Of a DNA stretch of 64,000 bases, positions 1 to 12,899 are shown piece by piece. Each line of letters starts with the position of its first letter. Position 1 is the first letter of the stretch. The notes under the pieces were generated by a model that worked only from the letters and a program-made list of their open reading frames with translations, did no database searches and was not told the DNA's origin. The position numbers and the translations under genes were made by a program. The stretch is from Carcharhinus amblyrhynchos (lineage: Eukaryota), in contig OZ336885.1 in the NCBI GenBank assembly GCA_965287045.1, positions 62,124,001 to 62,188,000 of the forward strand, read 5' to 3'.

Positions 1-309
1 TGTGTCCTGAATGTTTGTTAAATGGGGCATTTCCCAAGCCGTTGCTGGCAATCCCTGTCTGGTTGTAATGGTTTTTGTTATTGTGTCCAGATAACTGATT
101 CGCAGGACATGGTATTTGAATATGATGCATTTTATGATGCAAAACATGGAAATTATAAAACAGTGCCCAGTTATGAGTCATGTCCAATCTTGTGCATTTC
201 ACATTTTGGCGACTTTTGGATGAAACGTGTTTTCTTTTGTCCACAGTTGTTTTACACTGATAGTTTAAGGTTTAGCAGATTTAACCCAGACATTTGACCA
301 AACTACATC

Positions 310-885
310 TCTCCACGGGTATTGAATTTGTTCCAATCAAGTCGGCGAGTGTGATGCCGAGAAATTGAGGAGACTTAAAGAGGAAAGAAACTTTTAACTT
401 TCAATTGGTAATGAATCAAAGCGTTTCAGGCAACGGACAGGATAATGGAGTTCGGGCATAATGTTATGTTGTGATCATATGGAATGGTGGAGCATGTACG
501 ATGGAATGATTTGCTTACTCCAGCTCCAAATTCATCGAGACATAGAACTCTGTAGGCCCATCGAATCTCCACGGACCACAAGCCTACCCAGGCCTTACCC
601 TCACATCCCGACATATTTTACCCGCTAATCCCTCGAACGTGAACATCCTAGTATCCTAGTAAACTTAGGGACAATTTTAGCATGGCCCATCAACCTAACC
701 CGCACATCTTTGGACTGTGGGATGAAGGTGGAGCACCCAGAGGAAACCCACGCAGACACGAGGAGAATGTGCAAACTCCACACCGACAGTGACCCGAGCT
801 GGGAATCAAACCCAGGGCCCTGGAGCTGTAAAACACAGTGCTAATCATTGTGCTACAGTGCCGCCCATGTTCTTATGCTCCTGAA
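310..885 (+). mobile_element. Degenerate CR1/HER1-like LINE 3' end, interrupted by a SINE at 540-866
   Basis: ...gatcatatggaatggtggagcatg...ttactccagctcc...[SINE]...atgttcttatg resembles the CR1 3'UTR stem-loop and the (ttcttatg)n tail also seen at 59858-59960. Confidence 0.6.
540..866 (-). mobile_element. HE1-like V-SINE (tRNA-derived head, V-domain, CR1-like tail)
   Basis: The reverse complement starts gggcggcactgtagcacaatgattagcact...ggtttgattccc (A/B boxes), followed by V-domain tgtggagtttgcacattctcc...tgcgtgggtttcctctgggtgctcc...cccacagtccaaagatgtgc. Confidence 0.9.
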
Positions 886-889
886 GCAA

Positions 890-1272
890 TGTACTCCATT
901 CGAACAGAAGGAACGAATCTGCTATCTTGGTTTTATGGCCTCAACAGCATCTATTACAATTTTCAATCTTTAGCACGACCTTTAACATCGCATCTGTTTT
1001 GTGCACATTATTTTGTCAAATATCTACTCTGACAAATGTCTCATCGTTGTCACCAATTTCTGAGATTCTTTTCGGCTCCTGTTGTTCACCTTCTTCCGGG
1101 CAGTATCAACCCCAGCACATTCTCCGTGTTTCTTGCTCTTGTAAAGTGCCATACAGGCCAGAAACGCTAACTCTTCGTTTCTCATCGAAGGTGCAGCCGG
1201 ATCTGTTGCATTTGTTCAGATTTTTCATTTTGTTTAACTTTCCTTTCCAGAATCCACGATATTTTGTGTTTG
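890..1272 (+). mobile_element. Penelope-like element 3' fragment (end of ORF plus pseudo-LTR)
   Basis: gaaacgctaactc...gcagccggatctgttgcatttgttcagatttttc...ttccagaatccacgatattttgtg matches the common shark Penelope terminal repeat as recalled. Related copies are at 10440, 26930, 43769 and 49980. Confidence 0.6.
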
Positions 1273-2599
1273 TTTATGCAACGAGTGATACATAGTGCCT
1301 CGGAGCTCCCACACATTGGAAACAATTGAAGGGACGTGTATCACACGATTCGAATTTTATGCATGACACTTTTGTAGAAGGAAGAAAGTGGGAGAAATGA
1401 GATGATGAAGTTGACAAATGCATTTCATGCAACAGAGAAAGAAAAAAATGTAGCTGAGTGAATGCGCATAAATAGGGCGATGATTGTAATCTAGAATCTA
1501 GCATTCCCGGTGTTGTGTGCGATTCAGTTTCAAAGGACACACATCAATGGAAACATGCACACTTAGGCAGACTTGTGTAATATTAATAAATGATATGGGA
1601 AAAGCGAAATAAAAAATGTTCAGCGATACATTTGTGCTGGATACCCTTGGTGTTCACTAAGCATGGTGGATCAAAGACAAGTGTATTTTCTGCATGACTG
1701 CATGACACTGTGAAAATATTATGCTCCAAAATTTGTCATTTTTATAATTAGGACTTTTGTTTGAAAATATCAGACAAGATGCATTTGTTTCTGATGTGAA
1801 TGTTAGTCGTCGATTATTATGAAGTGGTGACATTTGACTAGTTCCTTGTCGCAATCCAGTAAATACTGACAGAGTGGATGTCTTCCTATTGACGTAGGAC
1901 ATCATTCTGAAAAGCTGACAACTGAATTTGCATCCGGTCTTCAGAAATGGAACTAAAGATTATTCACGTTCTGAGTCTAAAGATACTTCCAATCTGATAT
2001 AATTTGCACTAGTAAAAGAGGGACATTTAACTTTGTTGTGATAGCTTGGTAACAACACAGAAAATGTCAACAATTTCGCAGAAAAAAAGGTCACTAAACC
2101 ACAGATGTTGTTTTGACAGCATCTGCAAACCTACAGCTTGCTAATACATGTAGCTGCCCAGGGATATAATAATTGCAGTTAAGGCACACAAAATGAAAGA
2201 AAAATATATGCTGAGGAAATGAGTCATTCTGAGCTTTCCCATATATTGTATAACATAACTGGAGCTGAAAGTTGTTTTTTTTTTCAACCCAAATTTAATT
2301 ATCTTTGAGTCGAAAAAAACAGCACGATCCTGTTCTCTTTCCATTCTTTCAAATAACGTAATGTTTCACGTTTCACCGTCACTGAGATCACAACCATTAA
2401 CATGACAGCATTCATGGAATGAAAGAAATGAAGATGCAATTTACCTGTTCATATTGGGCTCTAATTAATGTCCTCCATCATGAATAATGAGGGATAAACA
2501 CTGATTTGGTATATTCACTGTTTATTTACCCTCCACTTTTTACTCTCCAGCCATATACACTGTTAAAGGGAAATGAACCAGATCGTGACATGCAACGAT

Positions 2600-2805
2600 C
2601 TTTCACTGGGTAAGATAATGACTCACCAACATGATTGAAATGCTTGAAGAGGTGACACAGAAACTTTGTGGCTGTAGTTTGCACGCACTTCAGTAAGGCA
2701 TTTGAAACATTCACCGATAACAGACTGGTACCAAAATGTAATCCCATGTGATTTGTGGTGGGGTGGCTGACTGAAAACTTAACTTCTTTGGTTATGGAAA
2801 AGAAC
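2600..2805 (+). mobile_element. CR1 reverse transcriptase fragment, highly degenerate
   Basis: ctcaccaacatgattgaaatgcttgaagaggtgaca...ttcagtaaggcatttga corresponds to [12 protein letters not shown]...DFSKAFD. Confidence 0.7.
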
Positions 2806-3239
2806 CCCACTACTTTGTTCTTCATCGGTGCATAGTGACGTTCACACGTGCGACACGTTCATTTCAAGTCCTAGCTATGGCCCAGTATATGCAGATCACA
2901 GAAATTCTGTTCACAACGTGTCACAGGTGGAACCTGTTCGAAGATCACCACCACCTCCCTTCCCCAGTAATAGACTCAATGTTCCATGACGTTGATCCTA
3001 TTACGTACACTTTCAACTACGCATTTTGCTTTCTAATCATTGAAATTATTCCAATTATTTCTTGCAGCTTGAAAGTAACATGCAGTTTTTTGTTTACTCT
3101 CTCTCGTATTAATACAGACCCTAGCTGCATATAATCTCTCAGAACAAACTCTTTTACAATTCTGCATGATTCTTCGGTAAATACATGGAATGTGACAACT
3201 GGAAATTTCACATCACACTTTTAATTACTCTGCAGAGCA

Positions 3240-3560
3240 TTTGGAAAGTTGTGAACGCTATCCACATGTTATCAGCACGCCATACGGGACTCCTTATCCT
3301 GCCAACAGAAACATTTTCCTTTCCCTAACTGTTTTATGAATGATTGCAAGTATGTTTTCATTCATTACCTTGACTTGAACGACTCCCTGCACTATAGCAC
3401 TTTCCCGGCTCTCTCGCCGATGTTTCAGGCACTGACGCGTCAGTACATTCCATTCAAGCTCATTTAACATGGTTATAGTAGTTCTCAGTGCTGTTTTCCT
3501 CTCTGAAGCGGATCTTCCTTCCCCCAAAGTTAAATATTCTCCCAAACCTACTTGAAATTT
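3240..3560 (-). mobile_element. CR1 ORF2 fragment (region between EN and RT), highly degenerate
   Basis: Weak similarity to the W-K-NY-IR-EL...VP-R...PW segment of the CR1 ORF at 62509. Confidence 0.4.
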
Positions 3561-4902
3561 CGCTCTCTTCCCTAATTTATTGTTTTACATCTCTCAGTAC
3601 AAAAACAGGGGATTGGGATGTCATAAAATAGCACACTTCCTTGCAAAACATTCCTCAACTCGACTGCTGGCGACGCAGACTGACACTGATTCCATGGATG
3701 AAAAAACATACCTTGATGGGAAACAGTAGATTTTTTTTTGTTAAACAAAGCAGATTCGGTCGTTGATAAATTGTAAAAGATTTGAGAAAACATGTTACAT
3801 CGAGTTGCTGGATTTTGTATTGCTTTAGGCAAATAAAACAAATAACAAATTAAAACAGTAATTAAATTTGCAGTGTGAGAGCCCCGGTGAGTTCCATGGG
3901 AATTTTTATTTCACCTGCGGCTCCAGCTCATTAGATACACCGAACAGGCACCAGCGTGGCCAGGTTAATCTTGTCACTTGAGCCCTTCATAAGGAAGACA
4001 CATGCTATAGTCTGCAGAACAGTGTTTCCTTTCCACTTGAGACACGTAGATATATACCTTTTTGTCCTTTTAGCGACAATTATCATTCCTTTTCAGTTGC
4101 ACTTTCTCTGATATTTCATTTGCAACGTCTACCAACAAACATTTTGGATAATGCTTGCTTTCAGGAAACTCCGTAAGACAGTAACAGGGAAATTTGGAAA
4201 AGACCACCGTTCAGAATATTTGGCATGTATGATGTGAGTGTTACTCCCGGAACTCAGGCCAAATGAAATACATTTATTTGGAAAGTGACATGGAAGGTGA
4301 TGATTGGCAAAACATCCCCCAAATCTGTTCTCGGGAGCCAACTTTCAGTCCAATAAAGAACTTAACCTATTTGACAGCCCCGCATTCAACACCCTTTAAT
4401 GAATGACGCATTTTTATCTGTGATCATGTGTATAGATTACCGTGCTGCAGGATCAGTACGAAAATTTGTCATTCTATGCAATTGCTTACGCAGTACATGG
4501 CAAAAGAAGGCGGGAACCGGAGGATCACTGGCCTGCATGTCTGGAAGTTTTCATGGACCAATTCATATGTAACATCAGTAATACATCAAACTAAAGTGAT
4601 AAGGTGTTATCACTCGAACTGACGCTCCCTCGTGAAAAAAAAATCGAGAAAGACCTCAGGATGTTCAGAGATCCACAAGCAGTTCTATGCTCAGCATTGT
4701 ACGAGACCCTACCATGGAACCAAGATATCAGCCCATACCGCACACGTCTCCCTTTTGTCATGACGTAAGTGTAATTGGTTGTGCAGGCTGTAGCATGCCA
4801 GAACTCGACAGAATTTGTTTCTATAATATGATGATGAATGGACACATCCATGCCAGTCTTGTAGTAAAGACTTTTGCCTCAGAAAATGTTACAATTGTGT
4901 AA

Positions 4903-5191
4903 AAGTGAGGTTTATTTATTAATCACAAATGAAGCTTACATTAACACTGCAATTAAGTTACTGTGAAATTCCATTCCTCTTGTTGTCGCAGTCAGGCGAC
5001 TTCTTGAGTCAATGCACCTGACCAACATGTTTTTTTTCAGAATGTGGGGGGAAACCAGAGAATCCGGAGAAAACACACGCAGGCATTCGGGAACTTGCAT
5101 ACTCCACACATACGGTGACCCAACCAGTAATCGAGTAGAGTCCCTTGCGCTGTGAAGCCGTAGTTCTAACAACTGTGCTATCCTGCAGCTC
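4903..5191 (-). mobile_element. V-SINE with alternative 3' tail
   Basis: V-domain (ggaaaccagagaatccggagaaaacacacgcag on +), tRNA-like head near 5190, and tail tttatttattaatcacaaatgaagcttacattaacactgcaat shared with 17204, 23690 and 51830. Confidence 0.85.
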
Positions 5192-5379
5192 ATTGAAACA
5201 AAGAACCATGGAAGCAAAACATGGGTCCCCTTGATGGAAGCATGCGACCACCTCAATACAGAGCGTTGCAAACAATTCAGTCTCAAAATGAGGAATTTAT
5301 TAAAATCAACTACGCCACAACATCCAAAATGGCGTCAACCTAGATTCAACTCCGGGTCCACAACTGCCTCCTAGACCTG

Positions 5380-6930
5380 AGGATAAACACAGGTGCCACA
5401 ATATTTATCAACGGGAATGCAACCTTTGGTGTCAATGATTGAACATCTTACCCTTTGTCTTGCAAGGGACGAAAGTAGTATTGCTCACATGCAAATGGGA
5501 GCCCTTATAAATGAGTCGAATCACTATAACCCCAGTTCACCCTGGGAAATAACCTGTACTGATGCCCCTAATTGTAGTACTAGGAAGAATGCGAAGTCTC
5601 TTGGGAAGGAGTTGTTCCTGTAATATTCATCTGGATTTGGAGAAGTTCACTTATTTGGACATTTGCAACTTAGAACATATCATTGGAAGACTTACTAAGT
5701 GTTATAAGAAAGTTTCTGGAATATTAATCATACTCGGTCGAAAACTGAAGAGAGCAAAAGGCCAATCAATGCGTTTCAACACAAAACTGGATGACTATGA
5801 CCACGTGTCTATTTGAAATCCTAATTGGAACGTCGAGTTGATTTATGATTATACAATCACGATTTTTATTGGCCTGAAGGATTATGCTAGTCAACACACT
5901 TTATAAACTCGCGTTTTAATCTGTCTCTGTGCACACATTAAGTTGATTTAAACAGTTACCCGTTTAGACAGATATACCAATTCTCAAATCGAAGAATGGT
6001 ATGGAAGTAAGGTTGCGGGTGTAATAAATTCTAGATGAGATATCGGACAGGGCAACCTCCAGTTGTTGTTTCAGAAGCACTTCAGCAAATATGTCGCTAT
6101 AAACGGTCACAAAGGACTGTGTGATTACTTTTGCTTGTCATTACCGTGACTTGTGTCAGATTACAAAAAGCACAGAGTCGGCAAGGAGGGCATGAATCCT
6201 GACGAAGAGACAGTTAAAGTCATAAATGCACCGCTGAAACAACAAAAAAAAACATTTGAAGTCGTTCTTAGGTTTCATCAACTACGACAGGAATTTAATA
6301 ATCAACGTGACGACCCTGCGGGGACCTTTCCACATGCAGCAAAAAAACATCAGAAATGGTATTTTGCAACGGTCCAGCATAAAATCCTTCCAATTACCAA
6401 CTGACAATTCGTTTTGATACATATATTTGCCAATGACTATCCATTGAAACATTCATCATAATCTGCAGTGCATCCACACGACCGCCACCCCACGACACAC
6501 CGCGTCTCCCCCCGCCCACCCCCCAACCCACCGCGCCCCACTTTCGGCCAAGACAATCTAGGTCAAATGAGACGTAATATAATCTGCATTTTGCCAGCTG
6601 AATTCTGCTTTAGTAAACCTCCTGCGACCAACCATCATATTGGAGAAAAAAAAATTGGAAATGCTTACGCCCCATGCACAATCTGAGAATCTTTCTTTTT
6701 TTGTCGCTAGCTCAGATTAAATGATGCTCATTTGTTAAGATGATCTGCTTTGTACTCGCACCACATAGAAAACCGTAATGCAATATCTCAGCTCATCACC
6801 CTCGTATCAGGGCAATAAGTGTTGGCATCATGTACGCTGAATTGCACAACATGCCTAAAAGCTGTGGCAGAGCAAATAGAAATAGTGATGAATAAAAATC
6901 TCGGGGATTACAAGATTGTACTCTCCAACA
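5380..6930 (+). mobile_element. Ty3/Gypsy LTR-retrotransposon pol relic (PR, partial RT, possible IN zinc finger)
   Basis: I-N-T-G-A (IDTGA) at 5383; PLIVVLG..SLLGR..IHLD (protease C-terminus, ORF 5562); HRVGKEGMNPDEETVKVINAP (RT thumb, ORF 6153); HHP-I-like at about 6795. No LTRs seen. Confidence 0.7.
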
Positions 6931-7169
6931 AAAAAAATCTGAACACTTCTGAACTAAATTTGCCAAAATGTTTAAGGGACTTTTTTTTGCGAACAAAATA
7001 ATTACCTTCTCTATATTTTGTGCCTTCTTTTGTGTCTCAATATTCTGAAAATGCACATGCCACATCATGCCTCTAGTCCAGACCAGGATCTTCCTTGAAA
7101 TTCAGTCTCGTGTTCATTACATGTTCACAATATATGAAAGTTAGATGTCATTATCTTCAAGTACCTCAT

Positions 7170-7850
7170 TTCCTTAAAATGCAGCCACGATAAAGGTTTG
7201 GGTCTTCTTCTGCACGAGGCACTGAAAGCTAACATGCAGATTCAGCAGATAATAAGAAAGAGAATGAAATCTTGGCATTTAAAGATAAAGGAATGGAGTA
7301 TAAAGATAAGGACGTGTTATTGCAACGATACAAGGCATTGGTGAGACCGCGCCTCGAGCTTTGTGCATTGTTTTTGAGGGAAAATGTAGTGGCATTAGAA
7401 ACAGTTTAGTGGAGGTTCATTTCATTAAGTCCAGATAGAGAGGTTTGTCGTATGAAGAGTGTTTGGACAGTGCAGACCTACTATCTCTGGACATCAGAAG
7501 AATGAGGGGAGATAAAATTCAGGTATTCAAGGTGATAAAGGACAAGGGAAAATTAGACTCGGAATGAATGCTTCCGCTGGTGGGGCGTTGTAGAATGAGA
7601 GGCCATACTCGTAGGATGCTGGGTAGCAAAATTCAAGCAAAGTTGTGGAGAAACTACTTTTCCCAAAGGGTTGTGAATCTGTGAAATTCGTTACCCCAAA
7701 GTGTGGTGTATGGTGTGAGAGTGAACACCGTTAATGAGCAGTTAGGTAGATTTTAATTCATAAAAGTTCGAAAAGTGATGCGGAGAAGACAGGAAAATGT
7801 CGATGATGAGCATATCATCCATGATTAAAAGGCGAAGCGGACTTGATGCT
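7170..7850 (+). mobile_element. CR1 LINE 3' fragment
   Basis: ggaatggagtataaagataaggacgtgttattgcaacgatacaaggcattggtgagaccg (GMEYK.KDVLLQ.YKALVRP) through the 3'UTR. Confidence 0.85.
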
Positions 7851-10439
7851 TTGATTACAAGCACCGTTGACACTTGTACAGTAATTAATATAACACATTA
7901 CTAGGCTTAGAAAAAGAAAATGGATTATGGAGTAGTTTAGTTTTTATGATTAGATCAATTTATGTTAGACAAAAGTTTAAATGCATCAGACGGCCAATGA
8001 TTGAATAATGTATTGTCACAGGTCAGCAACGAAAGACGTTATGTGGGAAATGTTCCATAACGTGACAGACCTACAGCATATCTTGTATTTTACGCCATTA
8101 GTCATGGTTGACTTAAATTGTTAGTCGTGATGAAAACCGATATTTGGGAGATGCATACTTTCCCACTTGCCTGGCGATGATTTTTCCATGCAAAGTTAAT
8201 ATTCAGGGATTTTCCACGGAAAGGGGAAGGCTGGTAATGCGTGGTTCGAATGACTGAACCATTCACATTGTACCATCTTCAGATCCAATGGTGTCCTGTG
8301 GATCTTTTGTCTATTCGATAGAATATGTGATGTTATACACATTTGTGATTTTAAATACATGTGTACATGCCGTCTCTGGCACATTCATACAATATTATTG
8401 AATTTCATGATTGCTATTCGTTTCAGCATTATTGTAAAAACAATAATAAAATGGCAATTTTAGCTTTATCTAACATTCCCATCTTCGCCTCCGAAATGGA
8501 AATTTCAAAAGCCACCTTTCTGTCAATTGGTATTTGTTTGCCTTTACCTTATTCACTCGCCTCACAGTCACATTGCCTATTTGAAAGCAAGACAATGCCT
8601 CATGCTCACTGTTGTAGGTGAACAAGTCCCGCTGCTTTTGAGAGACAGTTGAAGTTATGTCCACACAGGACAGAGCAGTTTATGTTCTGCTAGACACTGT
8701 GAAATGTCCTTAGATCGCACACGCTGCGGCATGTCACCAGATTTTGCGGCAAAATACATTAAATTTTATGATAGTAGTTGAATGCAAATCATCCAAAAAA
8801 TATGGCCAAGTTAGAAAAGGAGAGGATCCGTTCTCGGCAATATTTGTCTTTTTTTACTCACCGACTCTTTGCAAGAGTGCATTCTGCTCCAAAATTACTG
8901 CAAAAGAAAAGTCCAAAAATGAAATTACAAACATGTTTTTGAATTTGATAATTTTGAATCTGAATATTCACAAAAAAAGTATCTTGATATATTGTCATTT
9001 TTTTCCGAGCATCATTCAACATTGTTCCTTGATTCCGTTTTATAGATCAACTTTAATTGCATCTAATTAATTATTTGTGCTATGTTAATTAAGCTAGTAC
9101 TGTTTAATTTAATATGTAACCATATCATCCGCAGTATGTGTTTCGATCATTCACACATCACTCTTACGACCATGTGCTAAATATTATCTCTTGCCTATGA
9201 ATGTGCCTACATGGGGAGAACAGAGGTTTTAGGCATATTACTGGAAATAGTTCAAACTCGTTGGAGATTAAATTCGCTCGTGTACATTCACTGCTAACCA
9301 TAAAACGTAGTGCACCGTGATTATTATTTCATGGACATTATTTTTCTCTCTCTTTCGGTGATGATTAACTAACTGCAGTGAAAGCGAAGTCCTATTTCTT
9401 ATGTTCTTATGCTCTTATGAAGCCTTTTTTTCATGCATCAATGAGAAACCACATTGGTTATTTCCTCTGGAACACTGAGATATGTTTATCTTCGAATCCC
9501 AATGGGAATGGGATATGTTGTATTTGTCTAAATGTCGTGGCGGCATTGGGAATACATTAATTACATATATAGTTAGTAAAAAAAAAACAACTTATTTTTG
9601 TACATCAATAATTTTAATCGATGATCGAGTTTTGTTTTTCCGGCTACTTAAAAATTGAAAGTAGAAATTTCTGCGAAATGAAATTAAGCAAAATTTTGTG
9701 GGTGACGGGCATCTGAAATGCAAATCGAAATGCTATTGCGTTAGTATCAGGAGCATTACGTGTGTTCCAGATATGAACTCATTTGACTTTCTGTCACAAC
9801 TGCAGTATTTTAATCTCAGACTTTTCATTCTAGTTCAAACCTCGAGGAACTTCATAAAGGAATTCGACCGCTGGTGCTGGGAGAATTATTCCAATTTCTC
9901 AGCCAATGCCTCCCCATTCGATAGCACGTCAGAATTGATATTCAACCGAAACCATCTGCGCCAGCTGTAAAACCAGCAGGGGCAATCGTGACGACAGTGA
10001 AAAGGGAAAACAATTAGACACTGGTTATGCTGCGGTGATCGTTTTGGTGGGTGGAGATGAGTGAGGAGGAAAAAAGAACACCGATCTGAAGCCAATAGGA
10101 ATCTAAAAAAAATGCATTCTCTTTGAATTTAAAAAAAAATGTAGGTTTACAATGAGCACGCAAATCAGTAAAAAAAAACAACACAGGGACACCTTTCAGA
10201 ATTGACTTGAGATTAACTAGGAATATGAGCCACTGCCTGCCAAAAAGTGAGAATAATCTTGCAGAAATTATGACCAATTATTCCCTTTAGACGCACATCA
10301 GAAAGCTAACATGGAACGTAACACGACATGTTTCACACGTTACACCAGAATCAAATATTTGATACTACCAAGCATCGAGGACATAGCTATTGGACGTTGG
10401 ATCAATTTAGCTGAGAAGCAGACTAAAGACAGGTTCCGT

Positions 10440-10510
10440 AATATGAAACAAAACCATAACATGCTGGAAAATCTCAGCAAGTCTGACAACATACGTGGAA
10501 ATAATATACG
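10440..10510 (-). repeat. Penelope pseudo-LTR fragment
   Basis: aacatgctggaaaatctcagcaagtctgacaacatacgtgga is the reverse complement of the motif at 43820-43860. Confidence 0.55.
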
Positions 10511-12368
10511 TCCGAGACCGAGAGCTGCCCTGACTCGAAAATGCTTTTTTTGTCATAGAGGAAAAGCAATTCATCGAAACACAATTGGAATGTTCGTAAG
10601 TGCCAACAATAAATGGTGCATAAATTGAACATATATTAAAGTTTATTTCAGAATCAAAGTACGCACAGTCCACTGAAATTGAGCGTACACTGGATCTTGT
10701 TCCTTGGGTTGAACATGCATGGTGATCTATCAATTCTTCAGTAAGTGTTACACATCTCAAAACACTGAACGAGTGTTTGAACTATCCATTCAACTTTGTT
10801 GCCACGCAATGGAAACACAAGTGCTATGTTCGGTGAATATTATGTTGCACACGAATCAAAAAGGTTAGCGCGATCACATAGTTCATTCACGTGAGAAATT
10901 AATTGCAGTGTTGATGTAACAAAATGTGAACACAGCTTTCTTTGGAGAAAATGTCAAAACCAATTTCCTCATTCAGCTCTGCAGATTAGGCAGTTTACTG
11001 AAAATGCTAAACTAACAAATGCAGGAAAACATCGCCCATGAGGACTGACTTATTTTGGGGCACACTTTATTTCGTTTGAAAAAAACTGTTTCATTGACGC
11101 ATAAAGTGTGCGAAAAAATATGTATGCCGCATGTCACTTCCAGAACGTGAGCGGCTAGCAACTCCTAACAGACAATTATGGGCAATAAATTCATAAAAGC
11201 TGAATTTGGACAAGCATATAGCGAGAGACGGGTGCAATACCCATCGTATAAATGTTCCTCTAATTATGGACAATCGGCATCTGAAAACATCCAACCAGTT
11301 CTCGAGACAGATGTATTAATGTACTTTACAGAAAAACAGCTGTGACAATTTATGCTCCAACATGCCAGTCATGATAAGCTCCTTCTGCAGATTTGTGAAA
11401 ATCAATCTGAACCATCAGGATATCCTAACCTCCATTTATTTATTCATCTTAATGGATCATATGAAAAGACGCTGTCGAAAACTTACATGATTCCTTCTCC
11501 CGGATAATATTCTCTGGAATTGCATGAAGTTTGTTCATGAAACAGCTGCTGAATCAATCCTCATATCTCATTTCTGGGACTTATAATTAAAGTTGTGTTT
11601 AATGTTTGCACGCTTCAAGTGAAAACGTTCACAAATTAGGGTTTTGACATTTTTTATTTGGCTTTTCCGTCACCTCAGAAATATCAGAAACTTTCTAATG
11701 TTTATATCGTCTGAGGTCGATTGCTTCAATGCTTAAATTGCACAGCAAAATCATGTGCAAATTCCAAATCGGTAGTCTTCTGATACTGCACACATTACGT
11801 ATTGATGTGGGAAGAGATATGCTGCCTAAAAGCTTCATCGTCCATTCATCAGACCAGGTCGAAAAGTTATCAACTGGAAAAACATGCATTCATACTGAAC
11901 TAGGATAAAATACTGGCTGTTTGTTTGGTGGTCTTAATTCGCGAGAGTTTTTACCATGGAGAATGCAGCAATGAAGTTTTAATACCCAAGATGTTTTTTT
12001 AGAGCTTATATGGGGAAGTCTTATTTGATGTTTTGTGGTATTAACATGCATTCATTCATTTTTTTTATATCAGTGCATCACTGTCAAGGTTTTAATTTGC
12101 TGCGCCTCCAAACGTGCCTCGGTTTGTTTGGCTCATTACGCCATTTAAGACTGCGGTGAATCGTCAACTTTCTGAGTGCAGACGAGCAGTCGTGTGTCAG
12201 CGAGACAAGGCAAGGGATGCTGTCGGTAGTTGTTATTACAATCTATGGTGAAGATTTCTGAGAATTTTTGTTTAATTTTGGTTTCTAGATTTCCTTACTT
12301 GAATTCGAATTCAGCAACCTGATATTGAGGGGTTTCAATCTAAGGCTAACGATCTGCCTTAACACTGG

Positions 12369-12783
12369 TAAAGGGAAATGGTTAATGAATTTTGTACTTA
12401 AAGTTTGTGCATGGGCATTGCAAATGTCATCTATTTGTCCACGCTTTTTTTGCCAACTAAACTTAGCTAAACAGCTGCAGATGCTGAATGGTCGTAAGGG
12501 CTGTTTGCAAGGAGGGATCATGCTCAGAGGAGGCACTGCGGACCTGCCTGGAGCTGAGAGCTGCAACCGTGATTGGGACCGGGATCTGTGATCGTGACTG
12601 GTGTCGGAAGAACTGCATCGTGACTGTGGCCGGGAACTATACTGTATAAATATCCACACTCAGATGCATTTGGGAAGAAGTCTCGCAGACCGCTTTAGGA
12701 ACCAGATTCTCCCAAAATGTTGTAATAAAGCCATTATACTATGAACCACGAACAGTCGCAGAAGTATTACTTTACCTACAACA
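12369..12783 (+). repeat. ERV 5' LTR
   Basis: Aligns with 19840-20220; TATAAA 12645-12650, AATAAA 12724-12729, ends ...ctacaaCA. The start could alternatively be the TG at 12366. Confidence 0.9.
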
Positions 12784-12786
12784 AAT

Positions 12787-12804
12787 TGGCATCGCAATCA
12801 CGAT
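12787..12804 (+). promoter_or_regulatory. Primer binding site, tRNA-Ser-like
   Basis: TGGCATCGCAATCACGAT lies 3 nt after the LTR and matches 13/18 to TGGCGTCACGAACAGGAT (complement of a vertebrate tRNA-Ser 3' end, as recalled). Confidence 0.55.
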
Positions 12805-12899
12805 TACATTTGCAGACCCGTTGAATGTCAACAACCGGGGCACCGGACTCGAACACTGAGCCTTATGGAGTAGGTAAAACTATAGTGGACAATCATCTG

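Noticed and set aside
790-866. tRNA gene (also at about 5120-5191, 23690, 52050, 53098)
   Set aside because: These are tRNA-derived SINE heads attached to V-domains.
12366-12368. TG at 12366 as the 5' LTR start
   Set aside because: It leaves no matching TSD, whereas a start at 12369 gives ACTGG on both sides. Not fully excluded.
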